Below, one piece after another: positions 63,177-64,000 of a stretch of DNA of 64,000 nt. Position 1 is the stretch's first letter; each line of letters opens with the position of its first letter. The translations under genes were made by a program, and so were the position numbers. The notes under the pieces are model-generated. The model was not told the DNA's origin. It did not search any database and saw nothing but the letters and a program-made list of their open reading frames with translations. This DNA comes from an uncultured delta proteobacterium (GTDB taxonomy: Bacteria > Myxococcota > Kuafuiibacteriia > Kuafuiibacteriales > Kuafuiibacteriaceae): assembly GCA_963803435.1 (NCBI GenBank), contig CAWDML010000003.1, positions 928,001 to 992,000 of the forward strand, written 5' to 3'.

Positions 63177-64000
63177 ATGCGGTGGTCGCACTGCGCCCTC
63201 CTGTTCTTCTTGCTCCTGCCCAGGCCGGCCGAGGCCGCGGAGAAGGTCCGCGTCGCGGTCGCCCAGGTGCGGGCCCGCCGCTCAGCCCGTCCCGACAAGC
63301 TCGAGACCGGGATCCGATCCGGCCTGGCCTCTGCGGGCGTGCAGCCGATCGCGTCGAACGCCCTGGGCAAGGCAGCCCGCGACGTCGGCGTGCGTGCCGA
63401 CAGCGCCGAAGGGGCTCGCGCCGCCGGCGCCGACTACCTGGTGAAAGTGAAGATGTCCGCACGGAAGCGGCGCTTCACCGCGGCCGCCGACCTGATCCGC
63501 GCCTCGGACGGCGAGGTCGTCGAGTCCATCGAGCGCGGGTACAACGGAGGGAAGGGCGCGCTGACCGCCGGCAAGGCGATCGGCAAGCTCCTGGGCCGCA
63601 AGGCGAGCGACCTCGGCCGGGCCGAGGCGGAGCCGCCGCCGGTGGCCGAGACACCGGTGCGTCCGATCGAGCCGCCCGAGCCCCCACCGCCCACGCGCAC
63701 CGTGGTCCCGAAGGAGGACGACGACGACCACGTCGCGGTGAAGGCCGAGGTCGAAGGCCCCACGAAGCCCCGCGCCCACGGTGAGTTCGGGATCGTGCGC
63801 GCCGGGGTCGCGGGCGGTTTCCAGGCCGCGAGCGCTTACACCGTGGCCCTGGAGGGCCAGCCCACCGGCCTCGCCTACAGCCTGACGCCGCTCGCGCTGG
63901 TCGACGCCACCGTCTCGGTCCGCATCCCCCAGGTCGGCCTGTTCTTCGGCGCCCGCGCCGATTTTTCTCCCGTGAAGTACGCGATCGACGTGATGCCCCC
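63177..64000 (+). CDS. Exported protein, 3'-truncated by the window edge (absent from the ORF track)
   Basis: ATG 63177, signal MRWSHCALLFFLLLPRPAEA; frame open to the window end; Pro-rich linker then beta-strand-like region. Confidence 0.7.
   Translation, partial: MRWSHCALLFFLLLPRPAEAAEKVRVAVAQVRARRSARPDKLETGIRSGLASAGVQPIASNALGKAARDVGVRADSAEGARAAGADYLVKVKMSARKRRFTAAADLIRASDGEVVESIERGYNGGKGALTAGKAIGKLLGRKASDLGRAEAEPPPVAETPVRPIEPPEPPPPTRTVVPKEDDDDHVAVKAEVEGPTKPRAHGEFGIVRAGVAGGFQAASAYTVALEGQPTGLAYSLTPLALVDATVSVRIPQVGLFFGARADFSPVKYAIDVMP

Overview
High-GC, densely coding bacterial chromosome segment, most likely from a Myxococcota/deltaproteobacterial genome (myxobacterial Cys-rich repeats, PilZ-receiver protein, several sigma-54 activators, many lipoproteins). 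It holds about 64 CDS and no rRNA, tRNA, CRISPR array or transposase that I can see. Housekeeping genes include gpmI, rnhA, sppA, fdxA, kbl, cutA, dapF, guaB and rne. Main points: (1) an 8-kb operon behind a sigma-54 promoter, encoding an apparently complete porin-cytochrome extracellular electron transfer conduit with about 65 heme-binding motifs (MtrC/OmcA-like decaheme with a collagen stalk, NapC/NirT, a beta-barrel, 13-, 13- and 25-heme lipoproteins); (2) an unannotated ~140-nt candidate sRNA with a sigma-54 promoter and two C-rich-loop hairpins, divergent from an NtrC-type activator and reminiscent of Pxr; (3) a rearranged STM4011-STM4014 radical-SAM/ATP-grasp cluster whose operon begins with an unusual KDPG-aldolase/Moco-oxidoreductase-like fusion; (4) back-to-back identical ECF promoters; (5) five +1 frameshifts, all at or next to GATC, probably sequencing errors. 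All product calls come from motif recognition by eye, not database searches.
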